A DNA stretch of 64,000 nt from an uncultured Bacillaceae bacterium (GTDB taxonomy: Bacteria > Bacillota > Bacilli > Bacillales > Bacillaceae_C): assembly GCA_963748745.1 (NCBI GenBank), contig CAVVKR010000016.1, positions 49,829 through 113,828 of the forward strand. Reading direction: 5' to 3'. Shown piece after piece: positions 1-13,886 of the stretch. The position numbers and the translations under genes are program-made. The notes beneath the pieces were generated by a model. It was given only the letters and a program-made list of their open reading frames with translations, was not told the origin of the DNA and searched no databases. Position 1 is the first letter of the stretch. The number at the start of each line of letters is the position of its first letter.

Positions 1-44
1 CTCAATTAATTTTCACCTTTTGTCCTATTTTCGTCAGGAATTTA

Positions 45-2558
45 TTATTCGGACTCATCATGATGCTTATCCACCCTGTCTGTTTGCATTTCTGCATCTT
101 CAGCAGATGATACTTGATCAGAATCTTCATCGTCGTCTTCTACTACTTTGGCAACTGTTGATACAGTTTCATTTTCTGCAAGTCGAATTAATTTAACGCC
201 TTGAGCATATCTACCATACTGTGAAATGCTCTCTACAGGTATACGGATGAGTACTCCATCTTCTGTAATAAGCATTAAATCTTCGTCACCTTTCACTGTT
301 TCCAACGCAATTACTGATCCATTATCTTTCGTAATCGTGCAAGTTTTCAACCCTTTTCCACCTCGAGATTGAATGCGGTATTGACCTGCTGGAGTTCTTT
401 TTCCATATCCGTATTCTGTCACGATTAATACATCTTCATTTTCATCTAAAATTTCCATTCCGATCACTTCGTCACCCGGATTGAGGGTGATTCCCTTTAC
501 ACCACTAGCTGTTCTTCCCATTGGGCGTACGTCATTCTCAGAAAAGTGAATCAGTAAACCATTTTTCGTACCGATTGCTATATTTTCATTACCATTTGTT
601 AACTTTACTGAAATCAATTCATCCTCATCTCGCAAATGGATAGCAATGATACCATTGGATCTAATATTGGCAAATTCTGAGATAGCTGTTCTTTTGGCGA
701 GTCCGTTTTTCGTTGTAAAGAAGAGATACCAATCATCAGAGAATTCATCGATTTGGATGATCGTATTTACCCACTCATCTTTTTCAATACCGAGCATATT
801 AATTATTGGAATACCCTTCGCAGTCCGACTGAATTCTGGAATCTCGTAGCCTTTTGCTTTGTATACTTTTCCTTTGTTTGTGAAAAATAGGATCGTATCA
901 TGTGTCGAGGATGTTAGCAGATGTTGGACAAAATCATCTTTATTTGTCCCCATTCCTTGCACTCCTCTTCCACCTCTATGTTGGCTACGATAGGTGGTAA
1001 TAGGCAAGCGCTTAATGTAACCATTATGAGTAAGTGTGACAACAATACTCTCTTCTGGAATGAGATCTTCATCTTCAAATTCAATTCCACCAGAAATGAT
1101 TTCTGTTCGACGCTCATCATTAAATTGTTCTTTCACTTCTAATAATTCATTGCGAATGATTTCTAAAACTTTTTCTTCATCAGCTAAGATGTCTTTTAAC
1201 TTTGCAATTCGTTTAATTAAATCATGATATTCAGTTTCAATTTTTTCTCTTTCTAGCCCGGTCAAACGTTGCAAACGCATATCTAGTATTGCCTGTGCTT
1301 GTTTTTCCGTTAGAGAAAAATTCTCCATTAAACCATTGCGGGCGATGTCCGTAGTTTTAGAAGCACGTATTAATGCGATAATTTCATCAATATGATCCAG
1401 CGCAATCCGCAATCCCTCTAGAATATGAGCACGTGTTTCTGCCTTTCTTAGTTCATAGGCTGTTCTTCTTCGAATAATGACTTTCTGATGATCTAGGTAA
1501 TGAACGAGGCATTCTTTTAAATTTAATACTTTCGGTTGGTCATTAACGAGTGCTAGCATATTAATACCAAAGCTTGTCTGCATCGCTGTCAATTTATATA
1601 AATTATTTAATACGACATTTGCATTCGCATCTCTGCGAACTTCTATCACAATTCTCATACCATTTCGATCTGATTCATCACGTAAATCAGTGATACCGTC
1701 AATTTTTTTATCGCGTACAAGCTCTGCAATTCTTTCAATTAACTTCGCCTTGTTAACTTGAAATGGTAATTCTTGAACAATAATTGTTTCTCTTCCATTT
1801 GCTTTTTCTTCAATCTCTACCTTTGCGCGCATCGTAATTGAACCGCGACCCGTTTCATATGCTTTGCGAATGCCACTTCTGCCAACAATAAGTCCCGCCG
1901 TTGGAAAATCAGGTCCAACAATAAATTCCATTAATTCCTCAATTGTTATTTCAGGATTCTTACTTAGAGCCAGAATGCCATCAATTACTTCCCCCAATTG
2001 GTGAGGTGGAATATTTGTTGCCATTCCAACAGCGATTCCTGATGAACCATTCACAAGTAAGTTTGGAAAGCGCGATGGTAGTACAACAGGCTCACGCTCT
2101 GAACCATCGTAGTTATCAGCAAAGTCAATAGTATCCTTGTTAATATCACGTAGAAGCTCCATTGAAATCTTTGACATCCGCGCTTCTGTATAACGCATTG
2201 CAGCTGCAGAGTCGCCATCAACAGAACCGAAGTTACCATGACCATCAATCAGCATGTAACGATAGCTAAAATCTTGCGCCATGCGTACCATCGTATCATA
2301 AACTGCAGAATCACCATGAGGATGGTATTTACCAATTACTTCACCGACAATTCGTGCCGATTTTTTGTAAGCTTTATCTGACGTCATCCCCAAGTTATTC
2401 ATTGCATATAAAATTCTTCTGTGGACTGGTTTTAATCCGTCCCTTACATCAGGCAAGGCACGAGCCACAATTACACTCATCGCATAATCTAAAAACGATG
2501 ACCGCATTTCCTGACTAATATTTACTCCTTTTATATTGGAATCCGGTGTTTCTGGCAT
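45..2558 (-). CDS. gyrA: DNA gyrase subunit A
   Basis: 837-aa ORF. The N-terminal [15 protein letters not shown] and AAMRYTE (catalytic Tyr) motifs are present, with an acidic C-terminal tail. It lies downstream of gyrB as in Bacillus. Confidence 0.97.
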   Translation of the reverse strand: MPETPDSNIKGVNISQEMRSSFLDYAMSVIVARALPDVRDGLKPVHRRILYAMNNLGMTSDKAYKKSARIVGEVIGKYHPHGDSAVYDTMVRMAQDFSYRYMLIDGHGNFGSVDGDSAAAMRYTEARMSKISMELLRDINKDTIDFADNYDGSEREPVVLPSRFPNLLVNGSSGIAVGMATNIPPHQLGEVIDGILALSKNPEITIEELMEFIVGPDFPTAGLIVGRSGIRKAYETGRGSITMRAKVEIEEKANGRETIIVQELPFQVNKAKLIERIAELVRDKKIDGITDLRDESDRNGMRIVIEVRRDANANVVLNNLYKLTAMQTSFGINMLALVNDQPKVLNLKECLVHYLDHQKVIIRRRTAYELRKAETRAHILEGLRIALDHIDEIIALIRASKTTDIARNGLMENFSLTEKQAQAILDMRLQRLTGLEREKIETEYHDLIKRIAKLKDILADEEKVLEIIRNELLEVKEQFNDERRTEIISGGIEFEDEDLIPEESIVVTLTHNGYIKRLPITTYRSQHRGGRGVQGMGTNKDDFVQHLLTSSTHDTILFFTNKGKVYKAKGYEIPEFSRTAKGIPIINMLGIEKDEWVNTIIQIDEFSDDWYLFFTTKNGLAKRTAISEFANIRSNGIIAIHLRDEDELISVKLTNGNENIAIGTKNGLLIHFSENDVRPMGRTASGVKGITLNPGDEVIGMEILDENEDVLIVTEYGYGKRTPAGQYRIQSRGGKGLKTCTITKDNGSVIALETVKGDEDLMLITEDGVLIRIPVESISQYGRYAQGVKLIRLAENETVSTVAKVVEDDDEDSDQVSSAEDAEMQTDRVDKHHDESE

Positions 2559-2844
2559 TAACGGAACCTCCTTTTAACAATAAAGAGAATGAGCAATCGG
2601 ATCTGTACCGACAGCTAACATTCTATCGACATCATTTAATACTTTATTCAGTGCAGGTCATCTCTGATCAAATATTCCTTTTATGTTTAGGTACCGTTTA
2701 TATTGGGAAAAAAGGAATTAAGGTATTCAAAGAATGCGTGTGCCACATGTGTGACGTATGTCATCATACATAAAAGTGGAAATAAAACTGCTTAAATAAT
2801 GACAAATGGTACTTTTTCAGGGCTTTTTGAACAACCTCACATCA

Positions 2845-4782
<1,938 letters not shown>

Positions 4783-4897
4783 TCACCCACACTTTCAAAC
4801 GTGTATAATTTTTATGTTCGAACGGCGAACATCCCGAATAATTTATTTTTGGATGAGAAAAGACAAATTCTCCAAATCGAATGGAGAATAGAATTAT

Positions 4898-5152
4898 TTA
4901 TAAAAAAATATGTGGTGATTGACGTCTTAACATTCTTTTTTTTAATGTGGTTGAGGCTAGAGGAGAAAGATAAACTTGATCAGTTGTAATAACAATAGAT
5001 TTATACGCACCTTTTGCAAGATCAAATATTTTTTTTGTCTCGTGCTTTAAAAATTCTTCTATAATCTTAGATTCTTTCGCACTATTTTTATCTAAAACGG
5101 CAATCATTTCACTTGTGCGAACCATCACATCCTCTCCCACATGCACATACAT
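4898..5152 (-). CDS. remB: RemB/YaaB-like DUF370 protein (extracellular matrix regulator family)
   Basis: 84-aa ORF between recF and gyrB, the same position as B. subtilis remB. The N-terminus MxxHVGxDVMV...IAVLD is typical of the RemA/RemB family. Confidence 0.8.
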   Translation of the reverse strand: MYVHVGEDVMVRTSEMIAVLDKNSAKESKIIEEFLKHETKKIFDLAKGAYKSIVITTDQVYLSPLASTTLKKRMLRRQSPHIFL

Positions 5153-5161
5153 GATCTCACC

Positions 5162-6280
5162 TCATTTCAGCCTGGTCACTGAGCCACTAACTACTTCATA
5201 AGTAGCAGCTATATTTAAAGTGTCATGATCGATTCCTTCGACGCTCGTCGTTGTGACAAAAGTTTGTACTTTCCCTTGAATCGCATTTAACAAGTGAGAT
5301 TGACGATAATCATCTAACTCTGACAATACATCATCTAATAATAAAATTGGGTATTCACCAATTTCTGAATGAATCAATTCTATTTCTGCTAATTTAACAG
5401 ATAGAGCAGTCGTTCGTTGTTGCCCTTGAGAGCCAAACGTTTGCACATTATAATCATTAATAAAAAATAAGAGGTCGTCACGATGAGGTCCGACGAGGGT
5501 TACCCCACGGTCAATCTCTCTTTTTTTGATTTTGGAAAATTTCTCTTTGAATGCATTAGTTATTATTGACAAATCGGCTGTATCTGATACCTCTATTGAC
5601 GGTTTATACTTGATTTGAAGCGCTTCTCGTTCCCTTGAAATACTGGAATGGATCGGTTTAGCCCATTTTTCTAGCAAATCAACGAATTCTATTCTTTTTA
5701 CAATGATTTTAACCGCATACTCAATTAATTGATCTGTTAAAACTTCAAGCATTGTTAAGTCTGTTTCTCTTTGCAACTGCAACTGTTTTAAATACCGATT
5801 CCTCTGTCGTAATATCTTTTGATATCGATTCATATTGTGTAAGTACACAGAAGAAACCTGTCCTATTTCCATATCAATAAATCTCCGTCTACCTTGTGGA
5901 CTTCCTTTTACAAGATGAAGATCCTCAGGGGCAAACATGACGATATTCATATTTCCAACATATTGGCTTAAACGACTTTGTTCAATATGATTCATTTTAG
6001 CTTTTTTACCTTTGCGGGAAATAATTAAGTCCATCGGAAAGGAGCTAGTATCCTTATTGAGCCTCCCTCTTATTTTAGCATACTCTTTATCCCAACGGAT
6101 TAAATCTTTATCATTCGAAGTTCTATGAGATTTTGCCATTGCTAAAACATAAATAGACTCTAGCAAATTTGTTTTCCCTTGGGCATTTTCGCCTAAAATA
6201 ACGTTTACCTTATCTTCAAAGGTGATTGATAAGGAATCATAACTACGGAAGTTCTTGAGCTCTAACTCTTCAATGTACAT
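5162..6280 (-). CDS. recF: DNA replication/repair protein RecF
   Basis: 372-aa ORF with Walker [13 protein letters not shown] and the SMC-like signature FGSQGQQRT, followed by [11 protein letters not shown]. Conserved position downstream of dnaN and yaaA. Confidence 0.96.
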   Translation of the reverse strand: MYIEELELKNFRSYDSLSITFEDKVNVILGENAQGKTNLLESIYVLAMAKSHRTSNDKDLIRWDKEYAKIRGRLNKDTSSFPMDLIISRKGKKAKMNHIEQSRLSQYVGNMNIVMFAPEDLHLVKGSPQGRRRFIDMEIGQVSSVYLHNMNRYQKILRQRNRYLKQLQLQRETDLTMLEVLTDQLIEYAVKIIVKRIEFVDLLEKWAKPIHSSISREREALQIKYKPSIEVSDTADLSIITNAFKEKFSKIKKREIDRGVTLVGPHRDDLLFFINDYNVQTFGSQGQQRTTALSVKLAEIELIHSEIGEYPILLLDDVLSELDDYRQSHLLNAIQGKVQTFVTTTSVEGIDHDTLNIAATYEVVSGSVTRLK

Positions 6281-6301
6281 ACAAGCAGCATTCCTTTATC
6301 A

Positions 6302-6529
6302 TTACTTTGAAACGATGAATAACCCAATATTAGGTATGTGTACACGGTCACCAATAACCAATTTTCTCCCTCTTCGTTGATCTTGTTCACCGTTAATGAA
6401 AACATCATATTCACTCAAAAACCACTTCGCCATACCACCAGACTGAATGATATCAGCTAGTTTTAAAAACTGCCCTAACGTTATTGAATCCGTTTCAATT
6501 TCAATATGTTTTTCCACGTTCGTTCTCAC
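6302..6529 (-). CDS. yaaA: S4-domain RNA-binding protein YaaA
   Basis: 75-aa ORF. ITLGQFLKLADIIQSGGMAKWFL...NGEQDQRRGRKL closely matches my recollection of Bacillus YaaA. It sits between dnaN and recF. The exact start is uncertain (GTG alternatives). Confidence 0.88.
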   Translation of the reverse strand: MRTNVEKHIEIETDSITLGQFLKLADIIQSGGMAKWFLSEYDVFINGEQDQRRGRKLVIGDRVHIPNIGLFIVSK

Positions 6530-6683
6530 TCTCTCATCAATTAGTGTCTATCCTTTATTTTACTAAACTTTAAATATAAACACAAAGTCGCTAAAAAGAA
6601 GCACATGAGGGAAAAAGCTTTATGAAAAATAGTGGGGCATTTATTACCTTTCTAAAAATGGAAGATATGTAAATCTGGAAAGA

Positions 6684-6720
6684 TAAAAATTTCCTGTCTG
6701 GAATCGACAGGAAATTTTTT
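6684..6720 (-). terminator. Rho-independent terminator downstream of dnaN
   Basis: Inverted repeat aaatttcctgtc/gacaggaaattt with a 7-nt loop, flanked by an A-run and a T-run. It lies immediately 3' of the dnaN stop. Confidence 0.7.
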
Positions 6721-6723
6721 CTT

Positions 6724-7863
6724 TTAAAATGTTCTAACTGGCAAAATGAGTTGTAAGATAGAGCGGTCATTCACCGGTTGAATGATGAAAGGACTCATTG
6801 CACCTGTAAATTGAATGGTAATTTCCTGATCATCAAATGCTTTTAAGGCATCAAGCATATATTTTGGGCTGAAAGATATTTTTAACTCTTCCCCCGTCAC
6901 ATTTTCACTCTGTACTTCTTCAACCACTTTACCAACTTCAGGGGAATGAGAAGAAATCTCAATAAGTCCATTTTCTAATGTTGACAATTTAACGACGTTG
7001 TTATTAACCCCATCTCTAGCAAGTAAAGAAGCACGATCGATCGCTTGCATAAATTCTTTCGTGCCAATTGATATATCTGTTTTACTTATAGTTGGAATCA
7101 ACTGGGCAGTATTCGGATAATTCCCTTCTAACAAACGAGAGTAGAAGAGAAGGTCTTTCATTTTAAAAAGTGCTTGATTTTCCGTCATCACAATTTCAAC
7201 TACATCATTTGAATCTCCTAATAGCTTGCTTAATTCGTTTAAGCTTTTACCAGGAATAACAATATTAAATTCTGAATCTATCTTCGATTCAATGGACACT
7301 TTGCGCATGGCCAAACGATAACTGTCAGTTGCTACGCAAGTTAATTCGCCATTCGTTATTTTCCAGTTGACACCTGTCAAGATAGGGCGTGTTTCTGTAG
7401 TGGACACCGCGAACACAGTTTGTTTAATCACTGTTTTTAATATATCAGATGGAATCGTAAACATGTTCTCTTCTGAAATTTGTGGTAAATGTGGATATTC
7501 AGCTGGATCTAATCCATTTAAATTAAACTCTGCCTTTCCGGAGCGAATCACTGTTTGAAAATGATTGACAACTTCAATTTCAACTATTTCCATTGGCAAT
7601 TTCTTCACAATATCATGAAAGAATTTAGCTTGTAATACGACTCCACCACTTTCATGTATTTCGACTATTTCCTCTTCATCATCTTCTTTAGGGATGAAAG
7701 ATTCTATCGAGATATCTGAATCACTGCCGGTTAAAGTTACTCCTTCATCATCGACTATTATTTTAATGCCAGTCAATATTGGGATAGTTGTTCTTGACGT
7801 TACAGCTTTCATCACATCTTGAACACCTTGAATGAGCCGATCGCGTTGAATCGTAAAATGCAT
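6724..7863 (-). CDS. dnaN: DNA polymerase III beta sliding clamp
   Basis: The ORF track gives 389 aa. The likely start is the ATG at 7863 (MHFTIQRDRL...), preceded by GGAGGGAACGTT. The C-terminal ILPVRTF-type ending and the position next to dnaA fit DnaN. Confidence 0.95.
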   Translation of the reverse strand: MHFTIQRDRLIQGVQDVMKAVTSRTTIPILTGIKIIVDDEGVTLTGSDSDISIESFIPKEDDEEEIVEIHESGGVVLQAKFFHDIVKKLPMEIVEIEVVNHFQTVIRSGKAEFNLNGLDPAEYPHLPQISEENMFTIPSDILKTVIKQTVFAVSTTETRPILTGVNWKITNGELTCVATDSYRLAMRKVSIESKIDSEFNIVIPGKSLNELSKLLGDSNDVVEIVMTENQALFKMKDLLFYSRLLEGNYPNTAQLIPTISKTDISIGTKEFMQAIDRASLLARDGVNNNVVKLSTLENGLIEISSHSPEVGKVVEEVQSENVTGEELKISFSPKYMLDALKAFDDQEITIQFTGAMSPFIIQPVNDRSILQLILPVRTF

Positions 7864-7893
7864 AACGTTCCCTCCGCTTTTTTCTTTGATCAT

Positions 7894-8049
7894 TAAATAA
7901 ATATTATATTATGTTTTAAAAATATCGTCGTAGTAATAGTAGGACTTGTTAACATGTGGATAACTTCCCTCTATTAAAGCAAACACAGCCTATCCACTTG
8001 TGGATAAACTGTGTATAGGTAGTGCTTAGTTATGAACATTACCCTTTCA
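7894..8049. other. oriC, dnaA-dnaN half: DnaA boxes, DnaA-trio-like repeats and an AT-rich unwinding region
   Basis: Perfect TGTGGATAA boxes at 7955-7963 and 7999-8007. TAG TAA TAG TAG GAC triplets at about 7931-7945 adjoin the first box. A run of almost pure A/T at about 7894-7925 lies on the dnaN side. Confidence 0.85.
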
Positions 8050-9407
8050 CTATGTGGAAGGATTTTTCAATATGTTTTTAATCTCAGCTATTTCTTTTTC
8101 CAACTGAGGATCTTTTTCGACTAGCTTTGAAATCTTCTCATGAGCATGAATAACAGTTGTATGGTCGCGTCCGCCAAATTCTTCCCCAATTTTCGGTAGC
8201 GAAAGATCAGTTAGTTCTCTGGATAAGTACATCGCTATTTGTCTAGGATACGCAATCGATCTTGTCCGTTTTTTTGCTTTGAAATCTTCTAGCTTTACAT
8301 TATATTGTTCTCCAACGACTTGTTGGATGTCTAAAGGTGTAATTACTTTCGGTTTCGAACTAGGGATAATATCTTTTAGTGCTTCGGCAGCTAAATCAGC
8401 ATTAATATCTTTGTTAATTAAAGATGAAAATGCTACAACTCGAATAAGTGCTCCTTCTAGTTCCCGAATGTTTGAATCAATTTGGTTAGCAATATAAAGC
8501 ATTACTTCATTTGGTATGTCTAGACCATCCGCTTTTGCTTTTTTGCGTAAAATAGCAATGCGTGTTTCTAAATCAGGCGGTGTAATATCAGTAATGAGTC
8601 CCCATTCAAATCGAGAGCGCAAACGATCTTCCAAGGTAGGAATTTCTTTAGGAGGGCGATCACTCGAAATAACAATTTGCTTCTGCTTTCTTCGTGGAGT
8701 GTATTAAAAGTATGGAAAAATTCTTCTTGTGTTTGTTCTTTTCCGGCAAGAAATTGAATATCATCTATTAATAAAATGTCCACATTTCGATATTTATTTC
8801 GGAACTCAACCGCTTTATTGTCACGGATAGAATTAATAAATTCATTTGTAAACTTTTCAGAAGATAAATAAAGAACTTTTGCCGATGGATTATGTTCAAT
8901 AACATAATGACCTATCGCATGCATTAAATGTGTTTTTCCTAATCCGACTCCGCCATAGATAAAGAGAGGATTGTACGCTTTCGCAGGGGCTTCAGCAACA
9001 GCAAGAGAAGCGGCATGAGCAAAGCGATTACCTGAACCGATAACAAAAGTATCAAACGTATATTTATTGTTCAACATATTTTTTGTGAAATCGGTCCGCT
9101 CTTTTTCTCGACGAACTTTTTGTTTTAAAAAGGATTTCTTTATTTCCTTATCTTCTTGATCTTGAGGAATGATGAATTTAACTTGCAACTGCTCGCCGGT
9201 TAATTCATAGAGCACTCCGGTAATTAATTGAGAATATCGTCCCTCCAACCAGTCACGGGCGAAATCATTCGGCACTGTGACGATAACGGTATCTCCTTGT
9301 AGAGAAGTTGCCTTTGTTGATTTTAACCAGGTTTCAAAGCTAGGCTTACTGATCTTTTTTTTCATACTCATAAGTGCTTTATCCCAAAGATCAGCTATGT
9401 TTTCCAA
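8050..9407 (-). pseudogene. dnaA: Chromosomal replication initiator DnaA, interrupted by a single -1 frameshift as assembled
   Basis: Two overlapping ORFs, 8568-9455 (N-terminal part plus AAA+ domain, [10 protein letters not shown]) and 8050-8634 (domains III and IV). The likely start is the TTG at 9407 after GGGGGAG ([12 protein letters not shown]...). The frame changes at about 8680-8690 in gaagaaagcagaagc. After the shift the sequence reads [29 protein letters not shown]. Confidence 0.93.
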
Positions 9408-9501
9408 TCCTTTACTCCCCCTTCGCGGTGATATGTACTCACTGTTATATAACAACGATACGCCACAAAATGAAAAATGAATAATAATGCAAACTTGTGC
9501 A

Positions 9502-9816
9502 TGTGGATAAACTTATAATAAGGAAGAAAAGATGTTTTCGACAAAATACACTGTATGTGGACAAGTTTATCCATAGCACTAGAATAACTATCCACAAACT
9601 ATTCACAAACTGTGGATAGCTCGTGTGTTCGTATAGTGATATTCAGAGTGAAAACACAATAATCATACCAAATAAATATAGAAGTAGCAATGACTTTTAA
9701 AAATTATCCACAAGGTCCCATTGTTGTGAATGAAAGTTTTCCACAAGGAGGTTATTTGTTGGTAACTTGTCAAAAAAGTTGTGAATGAAAAAAAGTATTG
9801 TCGAAATTTATCCACA
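9502..9816. other. oriC, upstream half: DnaA-box cluster with two Spo0A (0A) boxes
   Basis: Perfect TTATCCACA/TGTGGATAA boxes at 9502-9510, 9704-9712 and 9808-9816. One-mismatch boxes at 9556-9564, 9567-9575, 9588-9596, 9611-9619 and 9737-9745. TGTCGAA motifs at 9537-9543 (reverse) and 9799-9805. Confidence 0.9.
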
Positions 9817-9958
9817 GTGAAGCCTGATTAGATAGGAGGGAAATGCTCTCTATCTAATTGTTCTTTAAAAAAATGTTGACAATCATTTATCATGCTCTAT
9901 ATAATTAGAAAGAATGTTTACTATCGAAATGTATGAAATCCTCAGGGAGGTGTCATAA

Positions 9959-10093
9959 ATGAAAAGAACATTTCAACCAAATAAACGAAAAAGAAGCAAA
10001 GTACATGGTTTCCGTGCACGTATGAGGACTAAAAATGGACGTAAGGTTATTGCTAACCGACGTCGGAAGGGAAGAAAAGTACTTTCCGCGTAG
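9959..10093 (+). CDS. rpmH: 50S ribosomal protein L34
   Basis: Not in the ORF track because it is under 60 aa. By hand it translates to [44 protein letters not shown]. The RBS GGGAGG lies 8 nt upstream. Confidence 0.95.
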   Translation: MKRTFQPNKRKRSKVHGFRARMRTKNGRKVIANRRRKGRKVLSA

Positions 10094-10122
10094 ACCACTG
10101 AAACGTCTCAGTGGTCTTTTTT
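10093..10122 (+). terminator. Hairpin plus T-run after rpmH
   Basis: gaccactga/tcagtggtc 9-bp stem with a 6-nt loop, followed by TTTTTT. Confidence 0.7.
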
Positions 10123-10247
10123 CTCATTAAATGAGGAATAATTGCCTTGCATGAGCACACTCTCTATCATTTTTATGATTTTATATTTCATATATGAGAG
10201 GGCATGTACTACTTAAGTTTATTTACTTCTTTAATGCAGGTGAATAT

Positions 10248-10604
10248 ATGAAGAAAGAATTTCGGCTAAAAAAAAATCGTGATTTTCAAGCTGTTTTTCG
10301 CAAAGGAAAGTCTTATGCTAATAGACAGTTCGTAGTTTACGTATTAGATAAGAAAGGTCAGTCACATTTTAGAATTGGATTGTCAGTCAGTAGAAGAATT
10401 GGTAACGCAGTAACTCGAAATCGAATAAAAAGATATATTAGACAATTTTTTCAAGAGTTGGAGAAAAGTATCGCGCAGGATAAAGATTATGTAATCATCG
10501 CCAGGAAACCGGCGGCCGAAATGGACTACCATCAAGTTAAAAAAAGTTTACAACATGTGTTAAAATTAGCAAAGGTGCTAAAACGCTCCTCAGCTTTAAA
10601 ATAA
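10248..10604 (+). CDS. rnpA: RNase P protein component
   Basis: Start chosen at the ATG at 10248 ([20 protein letters not shown]...) after AGGTGA. The basic RNR motif is present ([12 protein letters not shown]). It follows rpmH. Confidence 0.93.
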   Translation: MKKEFRLKKNRDFQAVFRKGKSYANRQFVVYVLDKKGQSHFRIGLSVSRRIGNAVTRNRIKRYIRQFFQELEKSIAQDKDYVIIARKPAAEMDYHQVKKSLQHVLKLAKVLKRSSALK

Positions 10605-10689
10605 CAGTAAAAAATATGCAAAAATAAGATGCATTTATTTTGAAAGCTATTGATAAAGATTTTTACTATGAGTTGGGAGGATATTACGG

Positions 10690-11472
10690 TTGAAAAAAAG
10701 AATCATATTCATGATCTCGGTTATCGGATTGATTGCATTACTGTCTGGATGTACACAGATTAATCAGCCGATTACTTCGGAAAGTACAGGCTTTTGGAAT
10801 CAGTACATCGTTTATCCGCTTTCTTGGCTCATCACCAAGGTAGCAGAATTAGTCGGAAATAACTATGGATTGGCAATTATTATTGTCACAATTATCATCC
10901 GTTTAGCAATTTTACCTTTGATGATAAAGCAATTGAAGAACTCAAAAGCATTGCAAGTGCTTCAACCAGAGATGGAAAAATTAAAAAAGAAATATAGTTC
11001 AAAAGATGCCCAAACACAACAAAAGATGCAACAGGAAATGATGGCATTATTTCAGAAACATGGAGTAAATCCATTGGCAGGTTGTTTTCCAATATTGATA
11101 CAAATGCCAATCTTAATAGGGTTTTACCATGCAATTATGCGGACAGAAGAAATTGCAAAGCATCGCTTTTTATGGATGGAATTAGGTTCAAGTGATCCAT
11201 ATTTTATTTTACCACTATTAGCCGGTGTCACAACATTTTTCCAACAAAAATTAATGATGGCAGGAACAGAAAATCAAAACCCACAAATGGCAATGATGCT
11301 TTGGATCATGCCAATTATGATTATTATCATTGGTCTTAAATTACCAGCAGCACTTCCTTTATATTGGGTTATTGGTGGCTTATTTATGATTGTTCAAACA
11401 TTCTTTATTAAAGGCCCAGATTTAAAGAAGGGTAGTGTGAAAGCAGGAAGTTCGGGGGGAGCGAAAAAGTGA
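10690..11472 (+). CDS. yidC: Membrane protein insertase YidC/SpoIIIJ (lipoprotein)
   Basis: TTG start after GGGAGGA. Lipobox LLSGC. Conserved YidC core (MQxLQPEMxKLKKKY, [20 protein letters not shown]). Confidence 0.93.
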   Translation: MKKRIIFMISVIGLIALLSGCTQINQPITSESTGFWNQYIVYPLSWLITKVAELVGNNYGLAIIIVTIIIRLAILPLMIKQLKNSKALQVLQPEMEKLKKKYSSKDAQTQQKMQQEMMALFQKHGVNPLAGCFPILIQMPILIGFYHAIMRTEEIAKHRFLWMELGSSDPYFILPLLAGVTTFFQQKLMMAGTENQNPQMAMMLWIMPIMIIIIGLKLPAALPLYWVIGGLFMIVQTFFIKGPDLKKGSVKAGSSGGAKK

Positions 11473-12089
11473 AAAAAATAACTGCTACTGGACAAACAGT
11501 CGAAGAAGCAGTCGAGTCAGCTCTAGCTCAACTAAAAGCAACGCGAGATCAAGTGGAAATCAATATTATTGACGAAGGAAAAAAAGGCTTGCTTGGCCTT
11601 TTTGGGAATCGGGATGCAGTTGTTGAAGTCACGCTTAAACCAGATCCTATCGCTGTAGCAAAAGAATATTTGCAAACAGTCATCACCAAGATGGGAATTA
11701 ACGCTTATATTGATGTCGAACAAGATGGTCGTATAGTAGAATTTAAAATAACAGGCGAAAAAATGGGCTTACTCATTGGTAAAAGAGGACAAACTTTAAA
11801 CTCTTTACAATATTTAACGCAAGTAGTAGGGAATCACGTCTCAGATCGTTATTTGACTTTTTTGTTGAATCCTGAAGGATATCGTGAAAGAAGAAAAGAA
11901 ACGTTACATCAGCTTGCGGAAAGGCTGGCGAATAAAGCCTTAGCATTAAAAAAATCTGTTAAACTAGAACCGATGCCTTCTTTTGAGAGGAAAATTATCC
12001 ATACATCTTTAAGTAATAATGAAAATATAGAAACGATCTCTGAGGGAAAAGAGCCGTATCGTTATATCGTTATTAAACCAATATTATAA
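11469..12089 (+). CDS. jag: Jag/KhpB RNA-binding protein (Jag_N, KH, R3H)
   Basis: 206-aa ORF whose start overlaps the yidC stop. KH-like [13 protein letters not shown] and a C-terminal R3H-like ERKIIHTSL. Conserved position. Confidence 0.9.
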   Translation: MKKITATGQTVEEAVESALAQLKATRDQVEINIIDEGKKGLLGLFGNRDAVVEVTLKPDPIAVAKEYLQTVITKMGINAYIDVEQDGRIVEFKITGEKMGLLIGKRGQTLNSLQYLTQVVGNHVSDRYLTFLLNPEGYRERRKETLHQLAERLANKALALKKSVKLEPMPSFERKIIHTSLSNNENIETISEGKEPYRYIVIKPIL

Positions 12090-12279
12090 TCATGTCATTA
12101 TCCTCAAGCCTTTAAGCTGTTAAAATGCTTAGAGGCTTTTTCTTTATTCATATTTTCGTAATAATTGATGATTCAGAGAAAAATAGAAGCTTGTTAATGA
12201 TCTAATGCCAGCGAAGAATACTTCTATATCCTAGCAAAATTTTAAGTAGGTCAGTTTCTTCGTCTTTTTCGTTTTATTG

Positions 12280-12297
12280 TTATTCACATGTGGATAA
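12280..12297. promoter_or_regulatory. Pair of abutting convergent DnaA boxes between jag and mnmE
   Basis: TTATTCACA (one mismatch) directly abuts a perfect TGTGGATAA. As I recall, B. subtilis has a DnaA-box cluster at the equivalent jag/thdF locus. Confidence 0.6.
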
Positions 12298-12395
12298 GTT
12301 AAAATAATAAAAGAAAATTATTAAGATGTGTATAAAATGATACATCGGTTACGGATGAATTTTGATGCATGTTAGCAGGTGTAGAAAGAAGAGTG

Positions 12396-13793
12396 ATGAA
12401 AAAGATGCAATTAGATACAATTGCGGCGATTTCAACGCCGATGGGGGAAGGAGCAATAGCAATCGTTCGCCTAAGTGGAAAAAAAGCGATTGCAATTGCC
12501 GACCGTGTATTTCGGAGTCCCAATAATAAGTGTTTAAAAGAAATGTCTTCTCATACGATTCATTATGGTCATATAGTTGATCCAAATAATCAAGATCAAC
12601 TAGTTGAAGAAGTAATGGTAAGTGTTATGAAAGCACCAAAAACTTTTACAAGGGAAGATATTGTAGAAATCAATTGTCATGGTGGATTAGTTTCTGTCAA
12701 TAGAGTGTTACAGTTAATATTGACGAATGGCGCTCGTTTAGCAGAACCTGGAGAATTTACGAAACGGGCATTTTTGAACGGCAGAATCGATTTGTCTCAA
12801 GCAGAAGCAGTCATGGACCTCATTCGTGCAAAAACAGATGAGGCAATGAATGTGGCTTTGGGGCAAATGGAAGGAAAATTGTCCAAGCTTATTAAAAAAT
12901 TACGTCAAGAAATAATAGAAACATTAGCGCATATCGAGGTGAACATCGATTATCCTGAATACGATGATGTGGAAGAAATGACTCATAAAATGCTCGTTGA
13001 AAAAGCGCGCTACATTCGTGATGAAATAGAAAAACTATTGCAAACTGCACATCAAGGGAAAATTTTACGTGAAGGCTTGTCAACAGTCATTATTGGCCGC
13101 CCGAACGTTGGCAAATCATCATTATTAAATAGCTTAGTTCAAGAAAATAAAGCAATTGTAACAGATATCCCTGGAACGACCCGTGATGTCATTGAAGAAT
13201 ATGTGAATGTCCGCGGTGTCCCTTTACGACTCATTGATACTGCTGGAATTCGCGAAACAGAAGATATTGTTGAACGGATCGGGGTAGAGCGGTCAAGGAA
13301 AGTATTAAAGGATGCAGATTTAATTTTACTCGTTTTGAACTTTGCCGAAGAATTAACAGAAGAGGATGAGCAGCTGTTTGAAGCAGTCGCAGGTATGGAT
13401 ACGATTGTCATTATTAATAAAACAGATCTTCCGCAAAAAATAAGTTTAGAGCACGTGTATGAACGAGCAGGCGAACATAAAATTATTACTACGTCATTGT
13501 TAAAAGAAGAAGGAGTAGATGAACTGGAAAAAGCGATTGCTGAAATGTTTTTTGAAGGTTCCATTGAAGCAGGTGATATGACTTATGTTTCCAATAGCCG
13601 TCATATTGCCTTATTGAATCAAGCACTAACAGCTATTAAAGAAGTATTAAAAGGAATAGAAATGGGGATCCCGATTGATATTGTTCAAATCGATCTAACC
13701 CGAACATGGGAACTTCTTGGCGAAATAATTGGTGATACAGTTCATGAAAGCCTTATTGATCAGCTTTTTTCCCAATTTTGTCTTGGAAAATAG
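12396..13793 (+). CDS. mnmE: tRNA modification GTPase MnmE (ThdF/TrmE)
   Basis: G-domain motifs [12 protein letters not shown] and DTAGIRE, and the C-terminal FCLGK. The start is ambiguous: ATG at 12396 or 12405. The ORF track extends upstream to 12369. Confidence 0.95.
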   Translation: MKKMQLDTIAAISTPMGEGAIAIVRLSGKKAIAIADRVFRSPNNKCLKEMSSHTIHYGHIVDPNNQDQLVEEVMVSVMKAPKTFTREDIVEINCHGGLVSVNRVLQLILTNGARLAEPGEFTKRAFLNGRIDLSQAEAVMDLIRAKTDEAMNVALGQMEGKLSKLIKKLRQEIIETLAHIEVNIDYPEYDDVEEMTHKMLVEKARYIRDEIEKLLQTAHQGKILREGLSTVIIGRPNVGKSSLLNSLVQENKAIVTDIPGTTRDVIEEYVNVRGVPLRLIDTAGIRETEDIVERIGVERSRKVLKDADLILLVLNFAEELTEEDEQLFEAVAGMDTIVIINKTDLPQKISLEHVYERAGEHKIITTSLLKEEGVDELEKAIAEMFFEGSIEAGDMTYVSNSRHIALLNQALTAIKEVLKGIEMGIPIDIVQIDLTRTWELLGEIIGDTVHESLIDQLFSQFCLGK

Positions 13794-13886
13794 CATCTTA
13801 ATAAGACCGTATTGTGTAAAGTAGATGCTAATTTAAAAAGAGAGTATTTTACAGCAGGAACATCTATAAAGGAGGAAGTACACTTT

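Noticed and set aside
646-2248. Several 60-75 aa ORFs on both strands inside gyrA (646-849, 914-1120, 921-1142, 1036-1227, 1943-2131, 2051-2248).
   Set aside because: They lie entirely within the gyrA coding region, mostly antisense. They have no RBS and low-complexity composition, and are typical shadow ORFs. The same applies to the short antisense ORFs inside gyrB, dnaN, mnmE, mnmG, purA, the permeases and other genes.
12299-12585. Two minus-strand ORFs (74 and 78 aa) at the mnmE 5' end.
   Set aside because: They overlap the mnmE start region antisense, with no RBS. The region is better explained as the mnmE promoter, DnaA boxes and the mnmE N-terminus.
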